Shown: positions 23,646-39,014, counted from the first letter of the whole stretch. The stretch: DNA of 63,803 nucleotides, filler included, from Octopus bimaculoides (GCF_001194135.2; 5 parts of 5 records of this genome joined end to end with filler, not necessarily neighbours in it); one strand, 5' to 3'. The notes: generated by a model from the sequence alone, not told the origin. Translations and numbers: made by a program.

Positions 23646-24533
23646 TACACTAGTGGATCCAAAAGTAACTGGAAACGTTGTAGTTGAGGCATCCACCACA
23701 AGATGCCACTTGATGAGACCCTCAGGAATCATTCCGTCTTCCGGCGTTATTCAGTGTTCAGTTGGATCAAACTCCCATGTTGTACGTCTTTGTTTTTCAG
23801 AGCTTCTCCCCTTTTCGTCGATTTTTGTAATAGCTGAAATAAAGGAACAAAGTACTCTCATGAAATTCTGTTTTTTTTTGCTGGAGAAAATGGCGACCGA
23901 AATAGTTGTCATTCGGCAGACAGCTTACAAGGCCACAGCCATGAGCAAAACACAAGCTTACCAGGGGTTTTCAAGCTTTCGGGAATTTCACACTTGTCGC
24001 TTGATGACCCTCCTCGTTCAGAGCGACAGTCAACGTGTCGAACGAATGAAAACATCATGAAAATTCATGAAATTATCTTTGAAGACTGTCACTGAACAAT
24101 TAACGAAATTGTTGATATGACTGATGTGTCCCGGAACTCCTGCAAACGCATTTTGAACGAGGAATTGCGAATGAAAAGAGAGGCAAGTAAATGTGCACTT
24201 CGCTTACTGATGGACAATCAAGAACAGTCACCACTGAATGCATGTTGTGAGCTGAAAGAAGTGGAAGTTGAACCCGTCCTTTCTTCGAAGGTCATCACAG
24301 CCGACGATAGTTGGTGCTACGGAATTTGCAGGTATATAAGTTGTGAAGAGATAAACGACGGAGGCGTTAAAAGGACTCTTTCAACAACACTGCTCCCAGC
24401 AGTGGTAAACGCTCTGTACCGATGCACTGCCTCAAATGGTGACAACTTTGAAGGCGATAAAAGTGTTGAAACGTAAATATGTGAATAAAATAATAATGCA
24501 AAAATTTCGGCTCCTTTTTAGCACACCCTTTAA
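23646..24533 (+). mobile_element. Degenerate, internally deleted mariner transposon
   Basis: EQSTLMKFCF...EKMATE...AYKATAMSKTQAYQGFSSFRE (N-terminal HTH region); CKRILNEELRMKREASKCALRLL...KVITADDSWCYG (first DDD Asp region); C-terminus RCTASNGDNFEGD; degenerate TA-flanked TIRs. Confidence 0.9.
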
Positions 24534-24715
24534 TNNNNNNNNNNNNNNNNNNNNNNNNNNNNNNNNNNNNNNNNNNNNNNNNNNNNNNNNNNNNNNNNNN
24601 NNNNNNNNNNNNNNNNNNNNNNNNNNNNNNNNNNNNNNNNNNNNNNNNNNNNNNNNNNNGTGTGTGTGTGCATGTGTGTGTGTGTGCATGTGTGTGTGTG
24701 TGTGTGTGTGTGTGT

Positions 24716-24945
24716 GGCGGCAGGCTGGCAGATTCATTAGCACGCCAGGCGAAATGCTTAGCGGCATTTCGTCTGCCGTTACGTTCTGAGTTTAAATTCC
24801 GCTGGAGACGACTTTGCCTGTCATCCTTTCGAGGTAGATTAAATAAGTACCAGTTAAGCACTGGAGTCGATGTGATCGACTTAAACCCTTCGTCTCTCCA
24901 TGTTTGTCCGCTCTACATTTAGCCCCCTGTGGGCAATAAAGAAAT
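24716..24945 (+). mobile_element. tRNA-derived SINE family B
   Basis: Head GGCGG(C/A)GAGCTGGCAGA, B-box-like GAGTT(C/T)AAATTCC, central GACTTTGCCTTTCATCCTTTCGGGGTCGATAAA..AGTACCAG. About 20 copies occur in the window. Confidence 0.85.
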
Positions 24946-26079
24946 ATATATATATGTAGGTAAAAATATTGAGGAGTGCGTGCGTTACATAAATAATATT
25001 TTCTGAAAAACAAACAACAGACAACAGACGAAACAAATATGGTATACCTATATATATATTTAAACCCTCAGCTAGAATTTTAATTTGATTATGAAATTGG
25101 AAATTGCTACAACGTGGCATGAGCATTTCAAATAAAACAATTATTAGATTAAAATTTTGGCACAGTGTGGTCGCAATTTCAAGGGAGAAGGAGTCGATTA
25201 TATCGACCTTCGTGCTCAGCTAGTTCCTATTTTCTCGACCTCAATAGGATGATAGTCAAAGTCGACATGCCCGGAATTCGAACTCACGATGCACACACGA
25301 ATTAAAATTCTGCAAAGTATTTTCTAAGGCGCGCTAAAGATCTTGCCTGCAACATATTCGAATCAATAAACCATCACCTCTCCCCCTTTTCCCTTCCTGT
25401 GTATACATATATGCGTGTATATGTGTTTGTGTTTGTGAGTGTCTGTGCCATTGTGTGCGTATGTTTTAGTATGTGTGCCTCTGCTTCTACACACATATAT
25501 GTCTATATAGATGCACGCTTGTATACATGTGTGCATGTATGTAGAATACGCCTGTGTAATTTTATTCATACCTGCATCTGCTCAGACATCTATGTTTTAT
25601 TTATTTATTTTCTAAATATGTGCGTGTATGTGTATGTATGTGTGTATGTATGTATGTGTGTGTGTAAGTTTATTCACTATCTTCTTAGCTTTCACCGATA
25701 AACAGCTGTTAGTGTCCAGTGGTATGATATTTCACACCACCAGATGGCCATGGATGTCACAGTTAAAAGTGACTGTGTCATAGTATATTCTACTCTCGTA
25801 TATCGCTTCACTTTAGTTTTTATTATTAGTATTGTTGTTGTTTATCGTGTGATTGTTTTTGGTGACATTATGGCTGTTGTTGTATTTATTGTTGTCTTAA
25901 ATAATAAAAAAACAGTTCACCTTGGATAGATTCGTTTCAAACACACACCATGTCTGATTTTCAAAATAAAGACTCCATCGTCATGGCTTCAAATGTCAAA
26001 CGGATGCAATCAAACATAGTTTCAAATCAAACTGATGTGAAAAAATATTGCGTCTTTCTAGCATCTGTATAAGGCCCAT

Positions 26080-26830
26080 ATGTTTGTAATTCGGGGATTG
26101 GGTTATAGCATCGATTTCAATATTTCACTGGTGTTATATCTTAGTGACCCTGCAAGGATGACATTTGAATTCAGAACGTTAACGTGTTATAGCAAAGAAA
26201 TCATTGCATTTCATTCTAAGTTCTAGCGCGTCTGTCAATCCACTATCCTCAAATCTGTTAAGTAATAGTAAACTCAACGACTACAGATCTCCACAAGTAC
26301 CAAATCAACAGACATTAAAAATTAGACAAGCTAACAATAGCTATATTTATCTCCTTTCTAACATAAGTACACAGTTTAAAATTTTGTTGGAAGGGAGATA
26401 GACGATTACATCTATCCCACTGCTTGATTGGTATTTAACTTAACGACACTGAAAGGATGAAAGGCATAGTCGACCTATGAGGAAGTTTAACTTAGAATGT
26501 ACAACGGACAAAATGGCATTTTTTATATTTCTATTAAAGCAAAATGCCTCAAAATTTGGGGGAGGAGACCAGTCGATTATATTGACCCCAGTATTTCATT
26601 GGTACTTAATTTATCGAACTCCGAACGGATGAAAAGCAAAGTCGACCACGGCGGAATTTGAGCGCAGAATGTAAGGACTGAAGAAATACCGCAACGCATT
26701 TCGCCCCGCGTGGTAACGATTCTGCCCGCTCGCCGCCTTAATGGAGGTAATATTTATTTCTTTATTGCCTGCAAGGGGCTAAGCATACAGGAGGCAAACA
26801 AGGACAGACAAACGTATTGCTGAAGCTAAG
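26080..26830 (-). mobile_element. Cluster of tandem family B SINE copies and fragments
   Basis: Three consecutive minus-strand copies plus a tail fragment. Confidence 0.75.
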
Positions 26831-28334
26831 AAAATAGACGATTACGTTTGGAATGAAAAAGTAACTGGATTTTTTTCTTTGCACTGTATCAATTTGTGCG
26901 ACCGACAGCCTACATTCCCGCGATGTATCTGCTCCATCAGTTGTCCGGGTAGCGTCGGCAACAACAGGACACATTGACACACATTACCATATAGAAACGC
27001 ACGGACACACAGTAACAAAATACAAATACATGCTATTGAGAGAACCTTTACATGGTCACAAAATTTCCTAAATAAAGCAGGTAGACATCAAATCTCACAC
27101 GTCTTAAAAATTAACACTTAAGCAACGTGGTAGCCCTAGTTTCCGTAGTATAAAATAACTTATTAATCGCAAGTGGATTGCACATATCCACACTGCTAAT
27201 TCAGAGCCAAGTAACATTAATAACCAAAATATAACGAGTTTGCACCGGTATAATGTGAATATGGCGGTTTGTATATGAGTATCTGTGTTATAATAAAGCG
27301 ATGCGTTATCTGATATTAACCTGTGTTTACTTAGTTAATATCACATCCTCTCATTATAATAGCAGTGAAAAACTGCATATAAAGAAAGATGGCTACCTAT
27401 TAACAATTAAAATTCATCCAAAATTTCGGCAGTGTATTATTTATTATTATATATTGCACACACCTTCATTTCGTCTGGTAATGTGATCTTCAGTTATGCT
27501 GTTTTATAATATCTGCACTATTTATCTTCCACTTTTTTTTACATGCCTCAGTCATCTAACTGCGGCTGAGCTTGGACATCGCTTTGAGTATTATATAAAA
27601 GTATATAAACAGTACAGGCAATCAAATCTGATGAGTGGGTACCAATGTTCTTTGAAATTTACTTTAGCTGAAAAAAAAATTAATAAATAAATGAAACTTT
27701 TATCATAATCGGTAGAAAATAAAGTGAGAAAGTAGCAAAATATATTTTGACCATCATTCTACTATTACTGTATCCAGTTGTTTTTTTAAATGTTTTTTTT
27801 TTTTTTTACTAAGCAGAAATATATTATGAAATATTATTCAATGCAAATTATATTGCATGGTATTTGAAATTGCGTTGTTGATTACGATGTGTAGGGTGAG
27901 ATTTTAGACGTTAATGTAACATAGTTATAAATGTTTTGCAAATTATTGACGCATAATAATAGAAAAAATAGAAAAAAATATACTGCATATCGGATAATAA
28001 CTAAATGCTATATATTACTTCCGTCTTACAACGAGGAAGAGTACAGCACAATAACGAAGTTATTCAAATCTCATTATAAGAAATAAATGAAATCAAAATG
28101 GTGCCCTCATGNNNNNNNNNNNNNNNNNNNNNNNNNNNNNNNNNNNNNNNNNNNNNNNNNNNNNNNNNNNNNNNNNNNNNNNNNNNNNNNNNNNNNNNNN
28201 NNNNNNNNNNNNNNNNNNNNNNNNNNNNNNNNNNNNNNNNNNNNNNNNNNNNNNNNNNNNNNNNNNNNNNNNNNNNNNNNNNNNNNNNNNNNNNNNNNNN
28301 NNNNNNNNNNNNNNNNNNNNNNNNNNNNNNNNNN

Positions 28335-28404
<70 letters not shown>

Positions 28405-29399
28405 TATGTGCGTGTGAGTGGTGTGTGTGCAGGTGCGTTTGTGTGTGTGTATCTGTATACAGGTATATACATTTTTGTATATATAACAGTTATTTCCGTA
28501 TTTGTTTTCTTCAGACTTTACCCAATTTATAGCAACATTTCACCGATAATTATCGTGTTTTTAACAATTAGCAACAATGACCTACTTTAAAATAATTTAT
28601 TTCTGCATTTTCATTTATTGTTTACCGTAATATAAATTTTCTATAAATGTTATTTTACGACCGTATTATATTTCACTATTCATCATTGTCACATATCCAA
28701 TTTCGTTTGTATAATTAAAATGTAATATAAATCATAGCGATTGTTTCCGTTAGTATTTTTAATTATCATACAGAACAATGTGGGTCAGTCTGCTGGTTAT
28801 ATAAAATTATATAAGAATACTTTTGTTATTCTTCTTGAGATAAACATTGACCTTGGGCAACTTATGAGTCTCAAGTAGGAATTACATAGAAGTGTGTATG
28901 AAACAATTAGTATTTCATTTTATGAGGTAATAATGATTGTGACTATTAAACCAACGCTAATTTAGTAATGTGAGACAATATTCATTGATATTTACCGGCG
29001 TTTCCTAGATCATTCACACCTTAAATACCATACATGGGCAGGGCCTCGCTGCGCATGTATATAATTTTTACGAAATTAAATGGTTATGCGTTCTTTCATA
29101 AAGAAAATGAAAAATATAAACAAAATTTTCTGTCATTGCTAAAATAACTTTCCATGCCATAAATTTCTTCGTTTATTTTGTTTTTAAGCTTTACTTATAA
29201 ATGTATTTATATTTATTTATTTATTTATTTATTTATTTATTGACGTGTTGTATTCACTCATCCATTCTATGACATTCCAATTTTCTTTTCAAAGAATGCT
29301 AAATTTAGAGAAATTTTTCCAGTCAATTACGCTTTATTATTTAATAATTTATTCGTATGAGTTTAGAGTTAGCAAACACGGCACTATAAAACGCGTCTC

Positions 29400-29990
29400 A
29401 TGGATGCTCAGACATGTGGAGCTGTGTTCTTTGCGCTTGGGAGGTGGCCTCAGTTCTTGCAAAAGCATAGATTCCGGTAAAGTCACAACGGATGGCGGGT
29501 GTATTATCCCATCAGGAGCTCGAAACGGCTCTAGCGTGTCTCTTCACAGTGTCCGTCTACAACTAAAATGTCTTTTGTCTCCCGGCACTGATAGTAGAAT
29601 ATACGGCCCGATGTAATCTTACCCAATCCGATTGCCTTACCAAGACACTTATTACCTTGGTTTCGTATGCATTCTGCTCAGAAGATTATTATGATACACA
29701 ATATGCTTCCTGCCTTCTTTCACATCCCTTAACTGTGTGGTCGTTGTAGCATTCGTTTGTGAAGTTGCAACCAGATTTCACCACTTCCCTGCATCGTCTG
29801 CGTCGGCAAAATTGAGGTCTGTCTACGTTTTGATGTTAATCGATTCGATTACCGATCCGGTATGGATTCTGGTCTCGTTGTCATCATCATGAATGTATCA
29901 TGAACAAATGAGATTGGCAGCACCTATTCGTCTCCAAGCTGTTAACTATAACCATATGCCTTGAAACAAGACTTGTCCCGAACAGTAGAC
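29400..29990 (-). pseudogene. Decayed Gypsy pol (RNase H end and integrase)
   Basis: Frameshifted motifs in the correct order: QLHK...GM*KKAGSILC (Zn region), WVRLH, ILVVDGH, SRFEL/PD, FCKN*G...TAPH. These correspond to LHxGHxG, WxRLHxD, LIVVDAxSK, RFGLPE and FCxxNGI..TAPYHP. Confidence 0.55.
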
Positions 29991-31899
29991 CGTTAACCTG
30001 AACATCTTCATTCGCCCTAGTTGGTCATTGCTTGGGAATCTCAACTCGGAATCTTTCTCCAATTGGTGCAAAGAAGCAGTATTTACCTCCAATTGTTTAT
30101 AAGCCATTTTCTCATTCAAATTTGCTATTGTAACTTCTGAATGTCTATATCTATTATGAAAGATATTCCTAAATATTGCAGATAACAGCGTTTAGAATTA
30201 TAAAGAATTTTATCAGCAAACCTGTTTCCTCATGAATTTAGACAAAAGAGTTTAATATAAGACCTCTGAAGCCTATTATAATATGCCTGGCAGTCACTTG
30301 CAGGCTACTAATTTCATGTAAAATTAGATTATTACAAGATTTATGACGTAAACTTTCCTTAAACTTCTTCTAGAAGAGTTCAAATTTCTTTCCAGACTAA
30401 GCTTATTTATGTTCAACACGCTTAAATATCTCGCACGTAAACCCGTTTGAATTACCAGTATTCATGCATCTCCACGGTAAAACCTGGCCAAACTTTCGAA
30501 ATTTACAGAAGTAATATTCCAATATATATCATTAATATCTTCTAACAATGAATATTTTTACAGCATTCAAAATTTCGAAAATTCGAAGTTTGGGCTCTAC
30601 GATATAGTACATAAATTGTAAAATGATATCTAGCTGGTAGCATGAACGCACCTTCAAGAAATAATAACAGACAATATATGATACCCATGCAGGCGGGATC
30701 ATTATACAATGGAGATAGCAAATGTATAAAAACAGATCTCGGTATACTCTCAAAGCAGGGTTCATGTTACAATGCTAATCATAATAGGAAGCTTAATTTC
30801 CTGTAATGGGTTTCTGTTATCACACCAAGAGTTTACTGTAACAGGAAGTAGTACATAGCATTTTATATTACACTCTTCATATAGACACTATAGTCAAAAT
30901 AATTTAACAAAATATTTATATCAATAGCGTTTATCCATTAAATCATAAAATTTCACTAAACTGACGTCTCCTTGTATACTTGGTAAAATATTTGCATTTA
31001 ACAATCAGACAAACAATATAAAAAAGAAATATTTGTTTTCAAAACTTCGTTTAGATTGAGGTAATTTTAATTTCTTATTTCGATTTTAATACTGATACAT
31101 ATTTTGATAAGTTTTTGGTTACTAATTTGCTTTGCTTGTTGTTACTCCATTATAACTAATGGAAATATTTCCTTTTTAATTGAAAATTTAACTTGATATG
31201 CGATTTGCATCGAAATGCTTCATTTTACGATGATTATTAAGAATGTTTTGGTGCCAATAAATTGCATTAGATCTTAATCATTGTATTAATAATTGAGCCA
31301 TTAAGAATATCTTAATTATAATATACCAAATATTTTTATTAATGTAATTTGGACTATTATACTAATAACTATACGCACACACAAACAGGCGTATATATAT
31401 ATATATATATATATATATATNNNNNNNNNNNNNNNNNNNNNNNNNNNNNNNNNNNNNNNNNNNNTTAATTAATTAANNNNNNNNNNNNNNNNNNNNNNNN
31501 NNNNNNNNNNNNNNNNNNNNATTTTTTCTACGTTAAAGTTTCTCATTTTATCAATGACTTCCAGAGCCTATAACCAAAGACTTCTTTGCGGCTAAGACCG
31601 TTGTGGTTTTTCACACAAAAAACTTCACGGTTATTTCATCCTAACAACTTTTTGAGCAATTTCCTACATGTTTCACTAGACGTCAATTCATTCTTACACA
31701 GCGTCCTCTACTTGCTGAAAATAGCAGTAAAAATGCACAGTTACATTTCAGTGAGTACATAACATTTGTTGATGCTTACTTGTTCTCAGTTCAGCATATT
31801 TCACACCTCTCCGTTTCTCTCGGCCGGAGAATGGAAGAGTTACTGGCTTATTTTTATTCGCATCGAGATCTTTTGTTCATTTTCGCTCGCAGCTCCGAA

Positions 31900-32582
31900 T
31901 TCATGACACCATTCGTCACTATTTCTCCTTTTTGAGTTCGCACGGTCGTTCTTTCATCTTGGGTTAAGAAAATTTTCTTCGAGGTTTTCGCTAATGGTCG
32001 TACAGAGATTTGTCTGTCGACCGTCTGTAAAAGCGCACCTCTTCAAACACCATCATCACCGAGCGACCAGCTTCGTTCAACCAAGATTACCACCGTGACG
32101 ACAACAACTACTACTACCAACTACAAGCATTCCCCCGACGTCGCCAAGTTTCAACAGGACATCATTACCACTGCCAACTGACCACGACTTCCTGAGTACA
32201 GATACTTTTACTATGTTCTGTGTTTTTTCTCACACACACACTTGTGCACTCATACATTTTCTTTCCTTTCAGTAAAAACAAACACTCAGACTTTCACATT
32301 CCGTGATTCCAGTTCCTGGACAGTAGTCATCACGATTTGTTTTCTCATTGTCTCATTTGTTTTTTACTAGGTGGCATTTACTGCCCATATTGCATGTTTT
32401 TCTTTCATTCCTTCAATTTGTACGTTGCATGCATGTATCACACGAATGTACATTTCATTTCTTTCATTTTTCTTTGTGTGTGTTTGTGCTACATCTTGTG
32501 GGTGGTTTTCAGTGGCCATCCTGACTCAGGCGTTCCTACAGAATTTCATATTATCGTGCGTTCCGCACTGGCAAGGGAGCCC
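31900..32582 (+). pseudogene. Gypsy integrase C-terminal remnant, 3' UTR and PPT-like tract
   Basis: HDTIR... followed by the frameshifted NGRTEI-VSVDRL-KSAH at 31993-32040 (INGRxxxVSIDRLKPA motif). Purine-rich GGCAAGGGAG lies just before the LTR. Confidence 0.55.
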
Positions 32583-32936
32583 TGTAGTAACGCTGTGCGC
32601 ATGCGTAGTCTCACGCATGCGTGGAATTCAACAACCAAGCTTCCCGCTTCATTCTGTCTCTTTCTTGCTGGCCAGCGATTGAGCAAGGACGTGTTTAACT
32701 GTCTCTCTCCATCTTTCGAACTCACGCTAGACGGCTCGCTCACAACTACATACCAACGTCCCAACAACCATGCTCACACACACAGAAGACGTAACAACAA
32801 ACAAGAGCTAAAGATGTATATATATTCCACCTTGAATAAATGTTGTTATGTTGATAGTCTGGAGTTCAGCGTTCCGTTATATTCTTAATTTTATATAGGA
32901 AAGTCAGGATACATCTAATGATGTATAATCCACTTT

Positions 32937-32942
<6 letters not shown>
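32583..32942 (+). mobile_element. 3' LTR of a Gypsy-like element, same family as 5-336
   Basis: TGTAGTAAC start, AATAAA, terminal hairpin and CCTATA end. Homologous to the reverse complement of 5-336. Confidence 0.7.
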
Positions 32943-32982
<40 letters not shown>

Positions 32983-35900
32983 CACACTATTTTCTCATGC
33001 TACCGAATAAACAATTGAATAGTGAAGGTGAGAGACAGAGTGACTCAGGGAGAGAGAACAGTATAGTTTGTAGAAAGCTAATAAACAAGAATCACTGCCC
33101 CCTCTTGTTAAACACTTCACACTGACAGCCAAGTGCAGCTTTTTTTTCTTCTTGATAAATACTTAATTAAACCAAGACATCTTCCTTGTAGTTATTCTTC
33201 TCTACTTTCGAGACAAATTTTATTCAGTCTATTTATCACCCGAACACGTGAATATTGATGCTGCCGCTGCTTTTCATAGTGAACGGTGTCGCAGTAAATT
33301 CCGTTCCAATTGAAATATCTGTCACACAGACTTTATGTGGTCGCACGATCTGCTAGGAATATCATCCAAAAAAAGGAAGAACATATTGAATAATGTAGTC
33401 CTCGCTTGATACACTATCTCTGAGTAATAATAATAAAAGTAAACCTGTAGGTCATGATTAGAATACTTTTGATCATAGATCTGCTTGATTAGAGCTAGCT
33501 TGTGGCTAATCAAAAACAGCAACGATATTGCTACTTCCAACACTCCGATAAAGTTTAACTATTCGCAATTATGTGCGTGTATATTAAAATTATATTAGGT
33601 ACTTACAAACACCCACTTTCATACAGACGCACACACATATATATGTATATATAAGTTCAATGTAAAATTTTACAATTATTCCTTAATTTAGCGTAATAAG
33701 TAAACGTAGCTTTGTTTGAAGTGAAGATAGCGGCAGAGTGGAAACTGTTGTAAAAAATAAAGAGATAAAGGTAAGAGAGAGAGAGAATAAATGTTGATAA
33801 TGTGAAAGCTGGAGGGGGAGGGTTTTGTTGTGTCGCCGGTGTAACGTCGCTTTAAAGAAACAAGGTAACTTTATATTTCGGTTCTCTTTATTGAAATTGT
33901 TACACCAACATAACTTACCAGCCCTTTGAAGGAGGAAAAAAAAAAAGGAAAGAAGGACAAAATAAGAAAAGAAAAACGGCTACCCTAGTTTTTTTTTCTG
34001 GAGCGCATCTGTTCAATTAACACGTTACATACATTCATAAATGAATGTATATGCATACGTATTTTTACACACTTTGTACCCAAGCATACACATTGACGCT
34101 AAATCAATACATTATAAATATATACACACCTACTTCTATATACAAGCATGCATGCTTATGCTGACTATATATATGTATGTAGACATATATAAATACGTAT
34201 TTTTTTTACACCCGCATATATACTTACGTCGTATATATAAATACACAAGTATTTCTGTATACAAGCATGCATGCTTATGCTAAATATATATATGTATTTG
34301 GACATATATAAATACATATATACCCACATGTATTTTTGCACACATACATGTCACATATATGAATACATCCACGCATACGTGTTTCTACACACAACCACAC
34401 ACAGTCATGTTTAACAAGCTTTGTCACTGGTAGTTAAGTGCTAGGTAATTTGTGGATGGTTTTTTTGTGGATGTGACCGGATTTATTGGTTTACTTACAA
34501 GTGGAACATCAAGAAGGGTATATATATATATATATATACACACACATATATATAATCTCACCAGGAGGAAAAAAATGACACAACAAAAACTAATATAAGA
34601 TACAGTTAATTAATCTATATTATTGAAAATAAATTAAAGAAAAAACAACAAGCAAACTACAGAGAAAAACAAACAAAAAAACCGACAACAATAACACTAA
34701 ATAACAATTGACGTTTGTTGTCATTGTGGATTCAATACAATTGTGAATTTCAAGCAGGGCTTTACATATCCGGAGTTTGTACCATTTTGGGGGTGGTTAA
34801 AAAGACCAGCAGCAGGCTTTAAAACGTTCGACAAACGTTCTCGTTCTTGCGGAACCATTCTTAATTCTTATTATCATTACCACCACCATCATCATCATAA
34901 TCATCATTAACGTCACTACCACCAACTTCATCATCATCAATATCATTGTCAAATCTTTTGCCAGTCAGCTGCTGCTCCCGCGTGCGTGTTTTTTTTTTAA
35001 TCCCAACACGTTTGGGTTCCAATATTGATGCTGAATTACAAACAACGAGTCATGGAAGATTTAGGTAAATATTACGATCAGACTTCTTTTTTTTTTTAAA
35101 TTTTATTTCTAAGTCAATGAACATGTTTTTCTTAATGTTCTGCTAATGTGTGCCTATACAGACAGATACTCCTCGGTCGAGCCAACGAGGGTAACTTTAT
35201 ATATCACCTCTCGACCTGCTAGAAATTGTTGCTAAATCTCTATCAAATTTTAAACATTTCTATCTCCTACGTCGACTAATCAGTCGATATATAAATGACG
35301 GGTGGGTATACAGTATAGTAGAGATTTATGTATTCAAATTTAGGTGATGATTCACTCCGCTGTTACTCAGAGTTTCTCATTACATATGATCCTTCGTGCG
35401 ACAAAATATGTGATTGTGTGTGTACCTAATCGTCAACCGAAATTAACTACACTACTCTAAATAATCATAGTTTAAGAGGTAGTCCTTTAGGTACAACAAA
35501 ACAACTGTGCTTAGTGGAATGATTGAAAAAAAATATGTTGGTTTTTAAAATAACAATTACAATTTCTTTAATTTCATGCATTAATTTGTTGTCTTTCGAG
35601 TCTTGTCTCTTCTTTCTACCCCATAGATAAATGCATGGATTAACGTGCTTGCTTTTACAGACACTGCTATTAACTAGGATTTTCTGTCGTGTCAACGAGT
35701 ATACCTTTATGTAGTCTCTCAAGCTACTAGAAACAACAACCAAATCTACATTAAAAAACAAAAACACCTCTACCGTCTTTTAGAAGGTGGGACACTAGAT
35801 TTATACTGTCCTAATGCAAATAGACTGAATGGTTACGGCTGGAATGTCTTTAATTCTAGGCCTGCTCAATCAGAAGCTGATCTGGAGGCTCTTAGTAATA

Positions 35901-38900
35901 GTATTTCTGTTTACAGCATATTTTCTTTTTTAGCTTTCTTTTGTATTTTTTATTCGTCTTTTATTTTTCTTTATTAAAACAAAGTTTTGTCCTCATAAAA
36001 TACACTTTAGACTTTTTCTTTGGTTAGAATATCGACGTCAGACACACACACGCAATATATAAAATATTATTCATAATGCTCTATGAAAGCACATTTATAG
36101 AAAACACACCTTTAAACACGCACCTACCTATATCTTAGCCACTTTTTTTTAACCACAATATATCTATGTCAAGATTATAAGTCCATGTCATGATAAAAAA
36201 AAAATATATCCTCAGGGGGGCATTTCACTTTCGTCATCTCCACGATTTTGTTAGTGTTTTTACAAAAACAAACAGCAGAAAGTAAAAATAATTATTACGA
36301 AAAAGCCGGCGTGTTTGTCTTTTGAAGAAAATATATTTGTGGTAGTAATTTCCTTGACAATATCACATTTAGTCGAGAACAGAAAAGCAACATCTCTCAC
36401 AAAAAACAATTAAATATATTAGTACATATTAGTAAATTTACGTGCAAATTTAGAGATATAAATGTAGCTGTTTAGCCCTAAGTCAGCGCTAGCTGTGCAG
36501 ATCTATAATCAAAAGGGTTCCGGCCATGACCACGTTTTGTCTTTTTGCATACTCACACCGTTTAATGTATCCTTCCTTTTTCTCAAATAGACCGAGGTCA
36601 GTCCTAGTCGAGCAGACTTATAAAAGGTGTGTTTCAACCATAACGATTTTATCATTTCTGGGGTTACACTTAGGACTGTATTAATAATTGTGCCCTTTCC
36701 TTATTTAAAACGGTAGGGTGTGATTTGAAGGCAGTGCTACAGCATGGCCTAAACCCTGACAGCATGTATATGCACACACACACAGATAAATGCACCAATA
36801 TATAGGTTTAGCCACCCGTTTACAGATGTGTTTGTCACAAGTAGCTACATGGATTATTTGTCTCGCTTTCGGGAGATAATACTGATTCCTCGAATTGTTG
36901 ATATCTCGCTCATTCTATATATCTGTAGTTATATCTCCTCCTTTATTAGCTATTTACCTAGATCTTTATCCACTATCTAGGTTCTCATCTATCTAGCAAA
37001 GCAATCATCTGTCTCTTTATCTATCTATCTATCTATTTATTCATATATTTATATATACATGTGTGAAAACGTGTGTGCATGCAGTAAATAATATCACATC
37101 AATAAATATATCACATGTATATATATATATCCAGTGTCTTGTTGACGGACTTCAAACTTTGCTAACGACGCTTTTTCAATAGTTGAGTTTTCTTAGCCTT
37201 TTGTCGAATGCCTGGTGGGTTTAAGGTTGGAAGAATAAGTTTAATTACGTCTCCCATTTACATTTTGATTTTTTAAACACAGTCTTAGAAAACAAGCAAG
37301 ATATGAGAAAACAGCAACTGGAAACGAAGGCGCCTTTGCTGTAACGCAGTCGTTCGATCTGGTAGGAAATGGTAAAAATTCTCCCTCAAAATAGACCCTC
37401 CTCCCTTTAAAAACGGGCGAACATTATTTAATGTAGTTCTATATACGCTGTGGGGCGGAATAAAAGATGGGATGATCATTGTTTGACTGTTCTTTTTTTT
37501 TCATATGTCTGTGCTAGATCAGTATTGACCTAGGGTTGAACATCTATAACTAAAAATCAATCAGAACATTTTAAAACCCATATTCATAAATCGTCGTTTT
37601 GTTGTTTAGCCCCCAATCAGTCCTGGTCGACCAGACATATTGTCAAATGAATCGTCGTCGTGACCATCTCGAATATTTTTCTATGTGAAGGGAACTCAAT
37701 ACCACCATATACACTTTAAAGATGGTAAAGTGTGATTTAAAGCAAATTTGGCTACTATTTCTAGTAGTTCGAGCGACTACGTAGATATCAAAATAAAGTA
37801 GTGCTCTAGCCTAGCCTTACTCTTCAAGGCTAAAACAAACTATTTGTGTTGTTATTGTTTAGCTCAAAGCGGCGAGCTGCCCAAATCATTAACGCTTTGG
37901 ACAAAATGCTTAGCGGCATTTCTTCTGGCTATTTACGTTTTGAGTTCAAATTTTACCGAGGTCGGCTTTACCTTTCATCCTTTCGGTATTGAGTACTAGG
38001 GTTGATGTAATCGACTAACCCCTTCCCCCTAAAAGTAGCTGGTTTTGTACCAAAATTTGAAACCATTGTTGTTCAGTTCAGCCCCAGGTCAACTTTCATC
38101 GGTCAAACCTATGATCAATAGTTTTCCAACCTTCTCTGTTGTTTTTTTTTTTTTTTTTTGGTGAGGTATTAGGAAGGGCGAGGTTTTGGAATAGCTGTCA
38201 ATCGAAGTTCCACACTTGATGGAGGAAGGAAAGAGGTAGCATTTTTTTTTCTTGTAAAGTATTCCTCTATTTCAGACAACGGAAATTACAATTTTGGAAA
38301 AAAATTTTCTTCCGAATATTTTATATTGATTTTTTTCTACATTTTTGTCCCCATCCACTTCCGTAACCTTTACCCTTTTCCTAACAGCTCGTGCGACCAC
38401 ACAGAAGTCCCCTCGTTGGTTTACTACCCACCGAGGTGTTGTTGTTTAGCCCTAGGTCTTTGACAGAGCAAACCTTTGATACAATGTATTTCAGTGGCGA
38501 TCATCCCGCCCTTTTTACGGTGGTGATAGTATCTATAACTTCGTCATGTAATGTGCCCTTCCTTTTTGTCAGACAGTGTTTCCTGCAGCTGGTGCGAACA
38601 TTTAGAGATGTCTTCGTTGGCTCACCACCTACCGATCTTGTTAATGTCAAGGTATTCCAGAGAAGACCATCCCGCCCTTCTTTTGGTGATTGTGTGATAT
38701 CGACTACGTTATCTAATATGTCTATCCCTTTGTTTTTATAAGAATGCGCGGTGAGATTTGAGAAAGGCTTGGTTGTTGTTTCCAGCATATTGCTTGACCA
38801 TGTAGAGGCTCTCTCTTTGCTTGTTTGTCACCTATTTTGTTCCTAAAGGTTAACAATATTATATTTCTAAAAGATTGCCCTCCACGCCATTACATTTGCT

Positions 38901-39014
38901 TGTTACTCATTTAAGAAGCACCCAGCACAAAGAGGTTTTTTTTTTAATTGAATGAAAGAGAGAAGAGGAGGGGGATTAGATTTTCAACATCACAGACCAT
39001 AATAATGATGACTT

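Noticed and set aside
26860-26990. QLMEQIHRGNVGC resembling an integrase zinc-binding region
   Set aside because: It is a single short motif with no supporting neighbours.
29385-29415. CTGAGCATCCATGAGACGCGT resembling a Penelope hammerhead end
   Set aside because: The core is incomplete, and the segment is better explained as part of the decayed Gypsy integrase.
34140-34320. Duplicated TACAAGCATGCATGCTTATGCT block with a period of about 120 bp
   Set aside because: It is a local duplication inside low-complexity AT/CA sequence with nothing suggesting function.
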